From contig JASFQK010000023.1 of the NCBI GenBank assembly GCA_050115495.1, forward strand, positions 31,291 to 95,290: a DNA stretch of 64,000 bases, written 5' to 3'. This DNA comes from Phycisphaerae bacterium (GTDB lineage: Bacteria > Planctomycetota > Phycisphaerae > UBA1845 > Fen-1342). A model generated the notes under the pieces. It did not search any database, had not been told where the DNA came from, and saw only the letters and a list, made by a program, of their open reading frames with translations. Positions 19,458 to 31,165 of the stretch are shown in pieces; position 1 is the stretch's first letter, and every line of letters begins with the position of its first letter. Made by a program: the position numbers and the translations under genes.

Positions 19458-20390
19458 GTGTCGCACAGCGCCAGTGAGAATAGCGGCCGGGTGAGCGTCG
19501 TAATGCCGACGTACAACCGGGCGAAGCTGCTGGGCCGGGCGATTGACAGTGCGCTGGCGCAGACGGCGGCGGAGCTGTGCGAAATCATCGTTGTCGACGA
19601 CGGCAGCACGGACAACACGGCAGACGTCGTGGCCGCGTACGGCTCGCGCGTGCGCTACCTGCGGCAGGCAAACGCCGGCGCGAGCGCCGCGCGCAACGCG
19701 GGCATCCGGGCATCGACAGGCGAGTTCGTCGCCTTCCTCGACTCGGATGATCTGTGGGAGCCGGACAAGATCGAACGGCAACTGGCGGCGTTTGTGCGCT
19801 GGCCGGAGGCCGTGCTCGTGGGCGGACGCGCGGCGGATCGGTTTGCGGATGGACGGGTGCGGTTGCATCCGTTGCCGCCGATCGCGCTGGACGAGCCGGC
19901 GGACTTCTTCCTGCCGCTGCTGCGAACGAACTTCCTGGCGACGCTGACCGTCATGGTGCGGCGCGAAGCGCTGGCGGGCATCGAGCTGTTTCCCGAGGAC
20001 GTGCAGCGGTTCGAGGATTATCACCTGTGGGTGCGGCTGGCGTGCCGCGGGCCGGGTGTGTACGTGTCGGCGCCGCTGGCGACGTACAACGCGGACACGC
20101 CGGGGAGCCTGTCGCAGGACCGCGAGGCGATGCTCGCCGCGGAGATCCAGGTGCGATACCTGCTGAAGGACGTGCTGCGTGAACGGCCGGACGGGCGCGA
20201 GTACTGGCAGCGGGCGCTGGCTCGTGTGCTGGCGAGTGCCCGCGACCGGGCGTATCGCGGGCGGCGCTTCGGCGAGGCGGCGCGGCTGGCGACGGCGACG
20301 CTCTGGCACCAGCCGTGGTCGCGGCCGTCGTGGGAATGGGGCCGACTGGTCGGGAGCCTGTGGCGGGCGGCGGTGACGCGCCCCGGGTAG
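19458..20390 (+). CDS. Glycosyltransferase family 2 (paralog 2 of 3)
   Basis: VSVVMPTYNRA, VVDDGSTD, FLDSDD, FEDY. Confidence 0.92.
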   Translation: MSHSASENSGRVSVVMPTYNRAKLLGRAIDSALAQTAAELCEIIVVDDGSTDNTADVVAAYGSRVRYLRQANAGASAARNAGIRASTGEFVAFLDSDDLWEPDKIERQLAAFVRWPEAVLVGGRAADRFADGRVRLHPLPPIALDEPADFFLPLLRTNFLATLTVMVRREALAGIELFPEDVQRFEDYHLWVRLACRGPGVYVSAPLATYNADTPGSLSQDREAMLAAEIQVRYLLKDVLRERPDGREYWQRALARVLASARDRAYRGRRFGEAARLATATLWHQPWSRPSWEWGRLVGSLWRAAVTRPG

Positions 20391-20397
20391 ACGCGGC

Positions 20398-21366
20398 ATG
20401 AGCGGAGGAACCGTGGTGAGTGCGGGCGCCGAGCTGGCTAGCGGACGCGTGACCGTCGTCATACCGACGCGGAACCGCGCCGCGCTGCTGGCGCAGGCCA
20501 TCGACAGCGCCCTCGGTCAGACGGCTGCGGAGCGGTGTGACGTCGTCGTCGTCGACGACGGTAGCACGGACGATACGCCCGCCGTCGCCCGCCGATATGG
20601 GAGCCGTATTCGCTACATCCGGCAGCGGCAGGGCGGCGTGTCGGCGGCACGCAACACGGCCGTGTACGCCTGCCCGAACGAGTTCACCGCGTTTCTCGAT
20701 GATGACGATCTGTGGGCCGCCGAGAAGATCGAGCGGCAACTGGCGGCGCTGGCGCGCTGGCCGGAGGCCGTGCTGGTGACGAACCTGGCGCGGGCCCGCA
20801 GCGCAGACGGGCGCGAGCGATTGCACGGTGTGCCGGCGATTCGGCTGGACGGGCCGACCGACCTGGCGCCGCCGCTGTTCGAGAACAACTTCGTGCCGAC
20901 GCCGACGGTGATGGTCCGCACGCGAGCATTGCATGCGGTCGGGCTGTTCGATACGCGGCTGCGCTGCGCGGAGGATGGGTACACGTGGGCACGGTTGGCA
21001 TGTCGCGGGCCGGGCGTGTTCCTGGCTGAGCCGCTCACGACGTTCCGGGCGGCGACGGATGGCTTGTCCGGCGATCTGGAGCGGCTGCTGCGATATCAAC
21101 TGCGCATTCGGTATCGGCTGGCGAGTGAATTACGCCGGCGGCCCGATTGCCGGCCGCACTGGCACCGCGGGTTGGCCCGGGCGCTGACGGATCTACGCGA
21201 CCTGGCCTATCGCCGCGGCGATTTTGCGACGGCGGCGCGCTATGGTCTGCATTCGCTGCTGCATCGGCCGTGGGGACGTTCGCGGTGGGAGTGGTATCGG
21301 CTGATCGAGTCGGCATGCCGGGCGGCGTTCGGCGGCGGTCAGACGGGGGTTGATTCGACGAGTTGA
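20398..21366 (+). CDS. Glycosyltransferase family 2 (paralog 3 of 3)
   Basis: VTVVIPTRNRA, VVDDGSTD, FLDDDD, AEDG. Confidence 0.92.
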   Translation: MSGGTVVSAGAELASGRVTVVIPTRNRAALLAQAIDSALGQTAAERCDVVVVDDGSTDDTPAVARRYGSRIRYIRQRQGGVSAARNTAVYACPNEFTAFLDDDDLWAAEKIERQLAALARWPEAVLVTNLARARSADGRERLHGVPAIRLDGPTDLAPPLFENNFVPTPTVMVRTRALHAVGLFDTRLRCAEDGYTWARLACRGPGVFLAEPLTTFRAATDGLSGDLERLLRYQLRIRYRLASELRRRPDCRPHWHRGLARALTDLRDLAYRRGDFATAARYGLHSLLHRPWGRSRWEWYRLIESACRAAFGGGQTGVDSTS

Positions 21367-22583
21367 GTGGGGCACGCGTTGTCCGCGGGGGTCGTCGGTT
21401 CGTCCAGGCCGAGGATCTGGTTGAGGCAGTCGGCCCAGGATGAGCGGTGCGAGGCCAGCGTGCGCGCCTGGTCGCCGAGAATCGCCAGCAGGCCGGGTTC
21501 CTGCGACAAACGGCGGATGGCGGCGGCCAATGCGCCTGGTTGCTCGCGGTCGTATACGAGGCCGCCACCTTCGGCGGTGATGACCTCGGCGAAGCCGGCG
21601 CGGACGGCGGGCGGGTTGTGTCGCGGGACGATCGCCGGCCGGCCGCGAGCCATGCCTTCCAGCAGCGTGAGGCCGAAGTTTTCGTAAAGGCTGGTGGAGA
21701 CGATGCAATCCGCGGCGGCGTAGAAGGGGCCAATGTGCGGATGACCGCCGACGAAGTGGACGCGCTCGCTGAGGCCGGCGGCCTCGGCTTGGGCGGCGAG
21801 GGCGGCGAACTCCGGACCGTCGCCGACGATCACGACGTGTTCGCGGCCGTCGAGGTGGGTCCATTCGCGCAGGAGCCAGTCGAAGCTCTTGTTGTGATCG
21901 CAGACGCCGACCGCCAACGCCAATAGACCGTCATCGGGCACAGCCAGCGCGTGACGCTGCCGGCGACGCTCGGCCGGATCGGCGTCGGCTGACGGGCAGG
22001 TGAAGTGGCACAGCGCCAGGCGCTGCGTCGCGGTGGGATGGAAAGCCTGCGCTTCGCGCCAACTGGCGCGGCTGGGCAGCAAGACCAGGTCGGCGGCGGC
22101 GAGGGCGAGGTGCTCGGCGTGGCGAATGCCGGCGAGGTCCGCCCGCTGCCACAACGAGGGCGCGCGGTGTGGCGACCACGTGCACGGCAGGCAATGGCTT
22201 AGCAGACACGGGTAGACGTAAATGATCCGGGCGTTGGGCCAGGCTCGCCGGGCGGCGACCACCCAATGCATACTCTGGGCGACGAAGGCATGACGCGGCG
22301 GGGGCAGGTGCCGCAGGTGACGGGCGAGCTGTCCGGCCAGGTGCCAACTGGGGACGCGCCAGAGGATCGGCCGCCGACGGAGCGGGACATCGTATTGTGC
22401 GGGATCATCGGCATCGCCGGCGGGGCGCTGCCAAGTGGTGCCGAGCAGGAGCGTGGTCAGATCACGACGGCGGCACTCGGCGATGAGGCCGCGGGCCACG
22501 GACAATGCACCACCCCAGCCGGCGACCGTACCGGAGCAGGCGAAGATGACGTCGCGGGAGGATGTTGGCGGCTGTGGGGACAA
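21339..22583 (-). CDS. Glycosyltransferase family 4
   Basis: IVGDGPE, ENFGLTLLEGMARGRPAI; start placed approximately, downstream of the REP pair. Confidence 0.82.
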   Translation of the reverse strand: MSPQPPTSSRDVIFACSGTVAGWGGALSVARGLIAECRRRDLTTLLLGTTWQRPAGDADDPAQYDVPLRRRPILWRVPSWHLAGQLARHLRHLPPPRHAFVAQSMHWVVAARRAWPNARIIYVYPCLLSHCLPCTWSPHRAPSLWQRADLAGIRHAEHLALAAADLVLLPSRASWREAQAFHPTATQRLALCHFTCPSADADPAERRRQRHALAVPDDGLLALAVGVCDHNKSFDWLLREWTHLDGREHVVIVGDGPEFAALAAQAEAAGLSERVHFVGGHPHIGPFYAAADCIVSTSLYENFGLTLLEGMARGRPAIVPRHNPPAVRAGFAEVITAEGGGLVYDREQPGALAAAIRRLSQEPGLLAILGDQARTLASHRSSWADCLNQILGLDEPTTPADNACPTQLVESTPV

Positions 22584-22613
22584 CAGCGTATCCGGTCGTA
22601 AGCTCTGCAACAC

Positions 22614-22678
22614 GGGTGGGGCGGGCGTCTCGCCCGCCGGGTGCCCAGCGAGTGGCAGGCGAGACGCCTGCCCCACCC
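22614..22678. repeat. Inverted REP-like pair (REPIN-like)
   Basis: GGGTGGGGCGGGCGTCTCGCCCGCC and its near-perfect reverse complement GGCAGGCGAGACGCCTGCCCCACCC, each with an internal palindrome. Confidence 0.7.
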
Positions 22679-22778
22679 AAGTTGGGATGCGAACAGCAGT
22701 CAGAGACAGCACCAGTGGTTTCTATCGGTTGGGTTGGCGGGTGACGGAAGGACCGATAACGGCGGCGGCCCGTGGGGA

Positions 22779-24311
22779 TCAGCGGGCGCCGAGGAGGAAC
22801 GTGCCGATCGTGCGGATGATGATGCCGAAGTCCATGTCGATCGAGCGGTGCTTGAGGTAGTACAGGTCGAAGCACAGCTTGCGGTACGTGTCCTCGACGG
22901 TGGCGCCGTAGGGGAAGTGGATCTGGGCCCAGCCGGTCAGACCCGGCTTGAGCAGGTGGCGCTGGCGGTAGTGCGGGATGGCCTTGCTGAGATGGTCGAC
23001 GAACTCGGGCCGTTCCGGGCGCGGGCCGACGATCGACATCTCGCCGCACAGGATGTTCCAAAGCTGGGGCAATTCGTCCATGCGCGAGAGGCGCAGGAAG
23101 CGCCCGATGCGCGTGACGCGCGGGTCGTTCTTGTCCGCCCAGCGGGCACCGTCCTTCTCGGCGTCGACCCGCATGGTGCGGAACTTGTAGATCGTGAAGA
23201 TGCGGCCGTGGCGGCCAACGCGGCGCTGGCGGAAGAAGACCGGGCCGGCGCTGTCCAGGCGGATCGCGATGGCGATAAGGACCCAGAGCGGCAGCGACAG
23301 GACGAGGCCGATCGTGGCGGCGACAACGTCCAGCAGGCGCTTGATCATCTCGTAACCGCTGTCGCTCTGGACGTCGGCGACGAGGAACCACTGGGCGTCG
23401 ATATCCTCGATGGGCACCTGGCTGAGCAGCTTTTCGACGAAGGTGGGCTGGTCGGTTACGCGGCAGCGGCGATCGAGGCAGGTCAGCACGGTGCGGCCGA
23501 CCGCCGGATCGGCGCTCAGTTCGGCGCCGACGACCACTTCGTCGATGTCGTGTTCCTTGAGGACCGGTTCGAGGTCGTCGAGGGTGCCGAGGCAGGGGCA
23601 GGATCGGCGGAACTCGCGTTCGCTGTCGGCGATGAAGCGCGTCTGCGTCGAGCAGGAGACGACAGGTTGGTCATCGAGGCGCAGGTGGCCGGCGATCTCG
23701 ATGTGCGGGCGCGGCGTACGTCCGAGAAGGGCGACGGCGTCGCGGACCGAGTCGCCACAACCAACGCAGAGGACCCGCCGGCGGACGTCGGTGACGGCTT
23801 CGTGGGCGAACAGGCGCGCTCCGATGGTCACGGCGCAGCAGGGCAGCGCGACGAGCAGGCTGAGCCAGCGTGACGTTGCGCTGTAGAAGAGCAGGAAGAT
23901 GCAGGCGTGGGCCAGGATGAGGCCGAAGCCCAGCGTCATGATGGTGCGCACCATGATGCGGCTGCGGGCCGCCAGCGTCTTGTTCTCATAAAGACCGAAG
24001 ACCAGGCCGGCCAGGATGAAACTGCCGCCGAAGGTCATGCCGCTGAGGAGGGGGCCGGCGACCCAGGTGAAGCCGCCGTGGCCGAAGACGAGCAGCGAGT
24101 GCGCGCCGTAGGTGGCCAGCGCCACGAAGATGAAGTCGAAGTAGGCCCAGAGGGTGGGACCGGCGTGGCCGAGCGTGCGCCACAGACCGGGGACCGGCCG
24201 CTTGCGGGATTGCGGCCGCCGGCGGGCGACGGTCGGTGACCCCGGGCGCGACGGCGCGACGGCCTGAGCGGTAGGCGTTCCCGTTACTGAAGAATCTGCC
24301 GCAATACTCAT
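22779..24311 (-). CDS. Priming polyprenyl-phosphate sugar phosphotransferase (WcaJ/GumD-like)
   Basis: Several N-terminal TMs; IKRLLD, YKFRTM, DPRVTRIGRFLR, DELPQLWNIL, VGPRPE, KPGLTGWAQ. Confidence 0.93.
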   Translation of the reverse strand: MSIAADSSVTGTPTAQAVAPSRPGSPTVARRRPQSRKRPVPGLWRTLGHAGPTLWAYFDFIFVALATYGAHSLLVFGHGGFTWVAGPLLSGMTFGGSFILAGLVFGLYENKTLAARSRIMVRTIMTLGFGLILAHACIFLLFYSATSRWLSLLVALPCCAVTIGARLFAHEAVTDVRRRVLCVGCGDSVRDAVALLGRTPRPHIEIAGHLRLDDQPVVSCSTQTRFIADSEREFRRSCPCLGTLDDLEPVLKEHDIDEVVVGAELSADPAVGRTVLTCLDRRCRVTDQPTFVEKLLSQVPIEDIDAQWFLVADVQSDSGYEMIKRLLDVVAATIGLVLSLPLWVLIAIAIRLDSAGPVFFRQRRVGRHGRIFTIYKFRTMRVDAEKDGARWADKNDPRVTRIGRFLRLSRMDELPQLWNILCGEMSIVGPRPERPEFVDHLSKAIPHYRQRHLLKPGLTGWAQIHFPYGATVEDTYRKLCFDLYYLKHRSIDMDFGIIIRTIGTFLLGAR

Positions 24312-24356
24312 GCGCGTACCATGCTTCCCTGTGCCTCGGGATTCACTTCCTCGAAG

Positions 24357-24384
24357 TCATCGGTTGCCCCTGGGTGGACCGTGA
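24357..24384 (-). promoter_or_regulatory. Candidate sigma28-like promoter
   Basis: TCAC-N16-ACCGATGA upstream of the priming transferase. Confidence 0.4.
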
Positions 24385-24548
24385 GTTACGGCAGTGCGGT
24401 TCGGGGGCGCACGTTCCGCGCCGCCGTTACCGGTCCTGAGGCGGCCGGGCGGCGCGGCAACGGGGTGGTCCGAGAACCGCGGTTTCCCCTTCGTCGCTGC
24501 GAAAAACGAGTGGATCGGGGCCCTGGTCCACTTTGGTGGTCTTCTAAA

Positions 24549-24576
24549 TCATGTCCCCACCACTCCGTTTCGATAA
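24549..24576 (+). promoter_or_regulatory. Candidate sigma28-like promoter
   Basis: TCAT-N16-TTCGATAA upstream of the lipoprotein. Confidence 0.35.
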
Positions 24577-24608
24577 CAACACCAAGACGCGATCGACGGA
24601 GTACCAGG

Positions 24609-25499
24609 ATGCTTCGCGCTGTTAGCGCTTGTCTGATCACGGGCGTGCTGTCCGTCCTGCTGGCCGGCTGTCAGACCGGTCATCGGGTGGCATACGAGGC
24701 GCGCCTGGAAATGACGAGCCTGCACGCGGGGCTGCCCATGCCGGACAACTCCTTCACGCAACTGACCGGGGGTCAGACGCAGAACCGTTTCCCTTGTCCG
24801 CTGGCCATTGCCCGGCTCGTTCCGGGGAAGGATGCGGAAGAGGGTGCGCTGGTCACGGCGAAGATGACGCCCGCGGAACAGTCGGCCTGGGCCGAGGCGT
24901 TTCGCGGGTTCAGTGCGATCCGGCACCTGGTGTTCCTCGCGCCGCGCAGCCTGCTGCCCGACGGGCGTGACGACATGCAGGCGCTGCTGGCCGCGGCCGG
25001 TCGCATCAACGCCCCGCTGCTTCTCGTGCACGTCGTGAACCGTTACGGGCCGAACTCGGCCCAGGTGTTCGGCGTGCTGTACGACGTGGCGAGTGGTTCG
25101 CCGCTGGCGACGGTGGGTGCGTCGCAACGCATCCTCGACGAAGACGGCGACGAAGTGGCCCTGGACAACGAGCACGAGGATTTGCGGGAGATGGATGCCC
25201 GCTACCAGGCCACGCGCAGTTTTGAGACGTATACGGTGGCCTGCCTTCGCGAGCAGGTAGGCCTAGATGTGCCGCCGGAGCATCCGCTGGAGCATGACTG
25301 GTTCCCGATCTACCCGCGGTACCAGATGATGCCGCCGCCGCCGGCCAAGGGTGCGGCACCGGCCGGCGGGTCGCCGGCGGGTGCGGCGCCGGCCGCGCCG
25401 ACGACGCAGCCGGTGGGGTCGAACCCGGAGGGGCTGCCGCCGCCGGCGCCCAACCGGCCCATGCGGGTGGCCACGCCGCGGCGTCCTGCCAATCCCTGA
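24609..25499 (+). CDS. Hypothetical lipoprotein with Pro/Ala-rich tail
   Basis: Signal peptide with lipobox LLAGC; AGGA before ATG 24609. Confidence 0.75.
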   Translation: MLRAVSACLITGVLSVLLAGCQTGHRVAYEARLEMTSLHAGLPMPDNSFTQLTGGQTQNRFPCPLAIARLVPGKDAEEGALVTAKMTPAEQSAWAEAFRGFSAIRHLVFLAPRSLLPDGRDDMQALLAAAGRINAPLLLVHVVNRYGPNSAQVFGVLYDVASGSPLATVGASQRILDEDGDEVALDNEHEDLREMDARYQATRSFETYTVACLREQVGLDVPPEHPLEHDWFPIYPRYQMMPPPPAKGAAPAGGSPAGAAPAAPTTQPVGSNPEGLPPPAPNRPMRVATPRRPANP

Positions 25500-25570
25500 C
25501 CGGTCGCGACCGGGGGTCGGGAAGGTCCGATCACTGTGCCGCACCGGGGTGGGGGGCTAGAATCCTGACC

Positions 25571-26380
25571 ATGAGCGCGGATCCCCTGAACGCCACGCTG
25601 ATCGAGCGCCATGATCTCAATGAGATGTTGAGCATCGTGCGGGTGCGCCCGGACAGCGGGCGGGTACCGGACTTCACGCCGGGACAGTTCATCACACTGG
25701 GGCTGCCGAAGGAGATACCGGCGGAGGTGGCCGCGATTCGGCCGCGGCGGCCGGGTCGGACGCCGATGACACGGCGGGCGTATTCGATCGCCTCGCCGCC
25801 GGGCGAGACCGAGGCGTACGAGCTGTTCGTCGTGCTGGTGACGGAGGGAAAGCTGACGCCGAAGATGTGGACGCTGAGCGAGGGGGACCGGTTGTGGATG
25901 GACGAGGTGGCAAAGGGGGAATTCACGCTGGAGCGGGTGCCGGCGGGGCAGGATCTCGTGTTGATCTCGACCGGGACGGGGATTGCTCCGTTCATGTCGA
26001 TGCTGCGCCACTACCGGGGGACGGGGCGGTGGCGGCGCGTGGTGCTGATTAACGGCGTGCGGCGGGTGAGCGACCTCGGCTACCGGGCGGAGTTGGAGGC
26101 GATCTGCCGCGAAGACGCCAGCGTGCGGCACGTGCCGGTCGTGTCGCGGGAAGGGAAGGCGGACGGCTGGGACGGCTTGCACGGGCGGGTGCCGGCGGTC
26201 CTCGAACCGGAGACGTATGAACGGCTGGTGGGCAGCCCGCTGGATCCGGCGAGCTGCCAGGTGTGTCTTTGCGGGAACCCGGGGATGATCGACGACGTCG
26301 AGGCCCTGCTGCATGAACGCGGCTTCCGAACGCAGACGGACGATCAGCCGGGCAACATCCACGTGGAACGCTACTGGTGA
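25571..26380 (+). CDS. fpr: Ferredoxin--NADP+ reductase
   Basis: FTPGQF, RRAYSIAS, STGTGIAPF, LCGNPGMI, C-terminal ERYW. Confidence 0.93.
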   Translation: MSADPLNATLIERHDLNEMLSIVRVRPDSGRVPDFTPGQFITLGLPKEIPAEVAAIRPRRPGRTPMTRRAYSIASPPGETEAYELFVVLVTEGKLTPKMWTLSEGDRLWMDEVAKGEFTLERVPAGQDLVLISTGTGIAPFMSMLRHYRGTGRWRRVVLINGVRRVSDLGYRAELEAICREDASVRHVPVVSREGKADGWDGLHGRVPAVLEPETYERLVGSPLDPASCQVCLCGNPGMIDDVEALLHERGFRTQTDDQPGNIHVERYW

Positions 26381-26431
26381 CCAGGGCGGCGGCCTGCGGG
26401 CCGGTGCCGCGAGTGCCGAGGGAGCCTGCCG

Positions 26432-29011
<2,580 letters not shown>

Positions 29012-29059
29012 GCCGGCCGGGGGGCCGAGTCACGGAGCACGGTGATCGGTCGCGATCGC

Positions 29060-29173
29060 CTACTTGGCGCAGCGTGAGCGGCAGCCAGTCCTGGCGGTCT
29101 TCTTCTTGGCGACCTTCTTCTTGGCCACCTTCTTCTTAGCCACCTTCTTCTTGGCGACTTTCTTCTTGGCCAT
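29060..29173 (-). CDS. 37-aa lysine-rich histone-like peptide MAKKK(VAKKK)4TARTGCRSRCAK, not in ORF track
   Basis: ATG at 29173, TAG at 29060; GGAGGA 7 nt upstream; 5 x 15-nt repeat with differences at synonymous positions. Confidence 0.85.
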   Translation of the reverse strand: MAKKKVAKKKVAKKKVAKKKVAKKKTARTGCRSRCAK

Positions 29174-29412
29174 GGCGCATTCCTCCAAGAGACTTTGCCC
29201 ACAAACGCTTGTGAGTCGCCGCAGTATCTAGCAAATGGCCACCGGCAAGTCAACGACCTTTCTGGCGCTGTTGCGTCACGAAATTGGGGTCGGGGTCGCG
29301 GGGTTGGTCGGGCGGCCGTTGGCCTACCCGGGGCGCGCGGGTCGGGGTAAGCTGTCGGGCGCACGAGTGCCTGCGGGCCGGGGACGCGCACTCGGGAAAG
29401 GAACGTGCGGGA

Positions 29413-30930
29413 ATGCCTACGAAAATCGCGATCTTCTGGCCTGGTGACTATCGCCCCAAACCCAACGAGCAGGCCCTGCCCAACGTGCAGCAGGCTACCG
29501 CCCAGCTCGAGGGCGCGCTGAAGAAGCTCGGTCGACCCAGCTACCGCATCGAGGGATTTCTCACTCGCCCGCACGAGGCCATCGAGAAGCTCGGGCCCGT
29601 TGAGGACCCGCTCATCGGCGTTTGCGTCCACTGGTTCTACGGACCGCACACTACCGACGGCGTCGTGGGCAAGGACAACCCGCTGCTGCTGGCCAGCAAC
29701 TTCTCCGGCACGTGGCCCGGGCTGGTGGGTTTGCTGAACACCGGGGCTTGCCTGGAAAGCGTCGGGCGCAGCTTCTCCCGAGCCTGGACGAGCGCCGACG
29801 ACTGGACCAGTGACGCGGCCTTCATGGCTCACCTTGATGAGTGGTGCACCACCGGACGCATCCGCTACCCCGAGGACGAATTGCACTACACCGCGGCGAT
29901 CACGCCCGAGGCCCGGCAAGTCGCGGAGCAGGTGGCCGGCGACATCCGCCGGCGGCGGGCGCTGGCCCTCATGCTCGGCGATACCTCGATGGGCATGATC
30001 AACGGCTACTTCGGCCACCGGCTGCTCAACCCGATCGGCTTCACCGAGCACAAGGTCGATCAGGCCTGGATCATCGACCGCGGCCGGCGGATCGAGGACA
30101 AGCGGCTCGACGCGGCCCTGGCCTTCGTCAAGGAGAAGGGCGTCACGTTCCACTGGGGCGAGGGCGACGCCGCCGACTTCGACGAGAAGGCGACCCGCGA
30201 GCAGTTGCGCGACTACCTGGTGGTGCTGGACCTGGTGCGCGAATTCCGGGCCGACTGCGTCGGCTGGCAGTACCAGTTGGGCCTGCTGCCGCTGCGGCCG
30301 CCGTCGGACTTCGCCGAGGGGCTGCTCAACAGCGCGTGTCGCCCGGAAGGGGACGGTGACACGATTGCCACGGCGACCGAGGGCGACCAGGGCAACCTGG
30401 TGCCGATGGAGCTGATGAAACGCGTGCTGAAGGCGCGGAAGCTGCACCAGGGCGTGATGTTCCACGACGTCCGCTGGTGCGGCGAGCACGACGGCCGCGA
30501 CGTGTGGGTGCTGCTCAACAGCGGCTCGTGCAGCGCGTACGCCTTCAACCACGACCCCGCTTCGCTGGCCGGCGTGCATTCCTATCGCCAGCCGGCGGGG
30601 TATTTCCCGGTACCGGGCGGGACGTTCACCGGCGAGAGCCTGCCCGGGCGGATCACCTGGTCGCGGGCGTACCTCAAGGGCGGCGAGTTGTGGATGGACG
30701 TCGGCCGCGGCGAAGTGGTCAAGCTGCCGCCGGCCAAGCGCGACGCCTGGTGGTCGGGCACGACGCGGGAGTGGCCGCTGATGACCGCTGACCTGGGCGT
30801 GCGGCTCGATACGATCATGGCCCACTACCTGAGCAACCACGTGGCCGTGGCCTACGGCGACATCTTCGGCGAGATGGTGGCCCTGAGTCAGGCGCTGGGC
30901 TTCAAGGTGCGCGTGCTCGGCACCGAGTAA
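29413..30930 (+). CDS. L-fucose-isomerase-like protein
   Basis: LLASNFSGTWPGLVGLLN, GDTSMGMING, GWQYQLGL, EGDQG, NHVAVAYG. Confidence 0.7.
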   Translation: MPTKIAIFWPGDYRPKPNEQALPNVQQATAQLEGALKKLGRPSYRIEGFLTRPHEAIEKLGPVEDPLIGVCVHWFYGPHTTDGVVGKDNPLLLASNFSGTWPGLVGLLNTGACLESVGRSFSRAWTSADDWTSDAAFMAHLDEWCTTGRIRYPEDELHYTAAITPEARQVAEQVAGDIRRRRALALMLGDTSMGMINGYFGHRLLNPIGFTEHKVDQAWIIDRGRRIEDKRLDAALAFVKEKGVTFHWGEGDAADFDEKATREQLRDYLVVLDLVREFRADCVGWQYQLGLLPLRPPSDFAEGLLNSACRPEGDGDTIATATEGDQGNLVPMELMKRVLKARKLHQGVMFHDVRWCGEHDGRDVWVLLNSGSCSAYAFNHDPASLAGVHSYRQPAGYFPVPGGTFTGESLPGRITWSRAYLKGGELWMDVGRGEVVKLPPAKRDAWWSGTTREWPLMTADLGVRLDTIMAHYLSNHVAVAYGDIFGEMVALSQALGFKVRVLGTE

Positions 30931-31165
30931 GCGGGCCGGCCGACAGAGCCGAAGCATTGGTGTTTGCTGCGTCCGCGGCCGCATGGTTCGCGGACGTAGC
31001 CGTCTGCTTGACCAGCCTCGGTTTGGGGGGAAGAATCCGTCGAAGCACGTTTGATGGCGGCCGGGGAAGGAAGCATCCCGCACGCCCCAGAAAAACTACC
31101 GCGCGCGACGGCCAGGCAGGGATGTGCCCCAGGCCGGACGTGCGCCAGCGCTGCAGGGCCGAGCC

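Noticed and set aside
18087..20501. 804-aa minus-strand ORF, and similar long ORFs at 26828-28717, 28927-31083, 44616-46094, 58213-60336 and 61599-63167
   Set aside because: Antisense or off-frame shadows of well-supported genes in high-GC DNA; Arg/Pro-rich with no recognisable motifs
22584..22712. N-terminal extension of the GT4 ORF in the track
   Set aside because: It translates through a REP-like inverted pair (VGQASRLP...GETPAPP), so it is probably non-coding
1..24311. Exosortase or PEP-CTERM target genes expected from the FemAB and ATPase context
   Set aside because: No exosortase and no C-terminal VPEP-TM-basic motif seen in this window; they may lie outside it
29099..29173. 15-nt tandem repeat as a CRISPR array or VNTR
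   Set aside because: No spacers; explained as the coding repeat of the Lys-rich peptide
31055..31085. GGAAGGAAGCA, resembling SRP RNA domain IV, upstream of the cysteine synthase
   Set aside because: The 5' CAGGTCC strand needed to close the GGAA loop is missing
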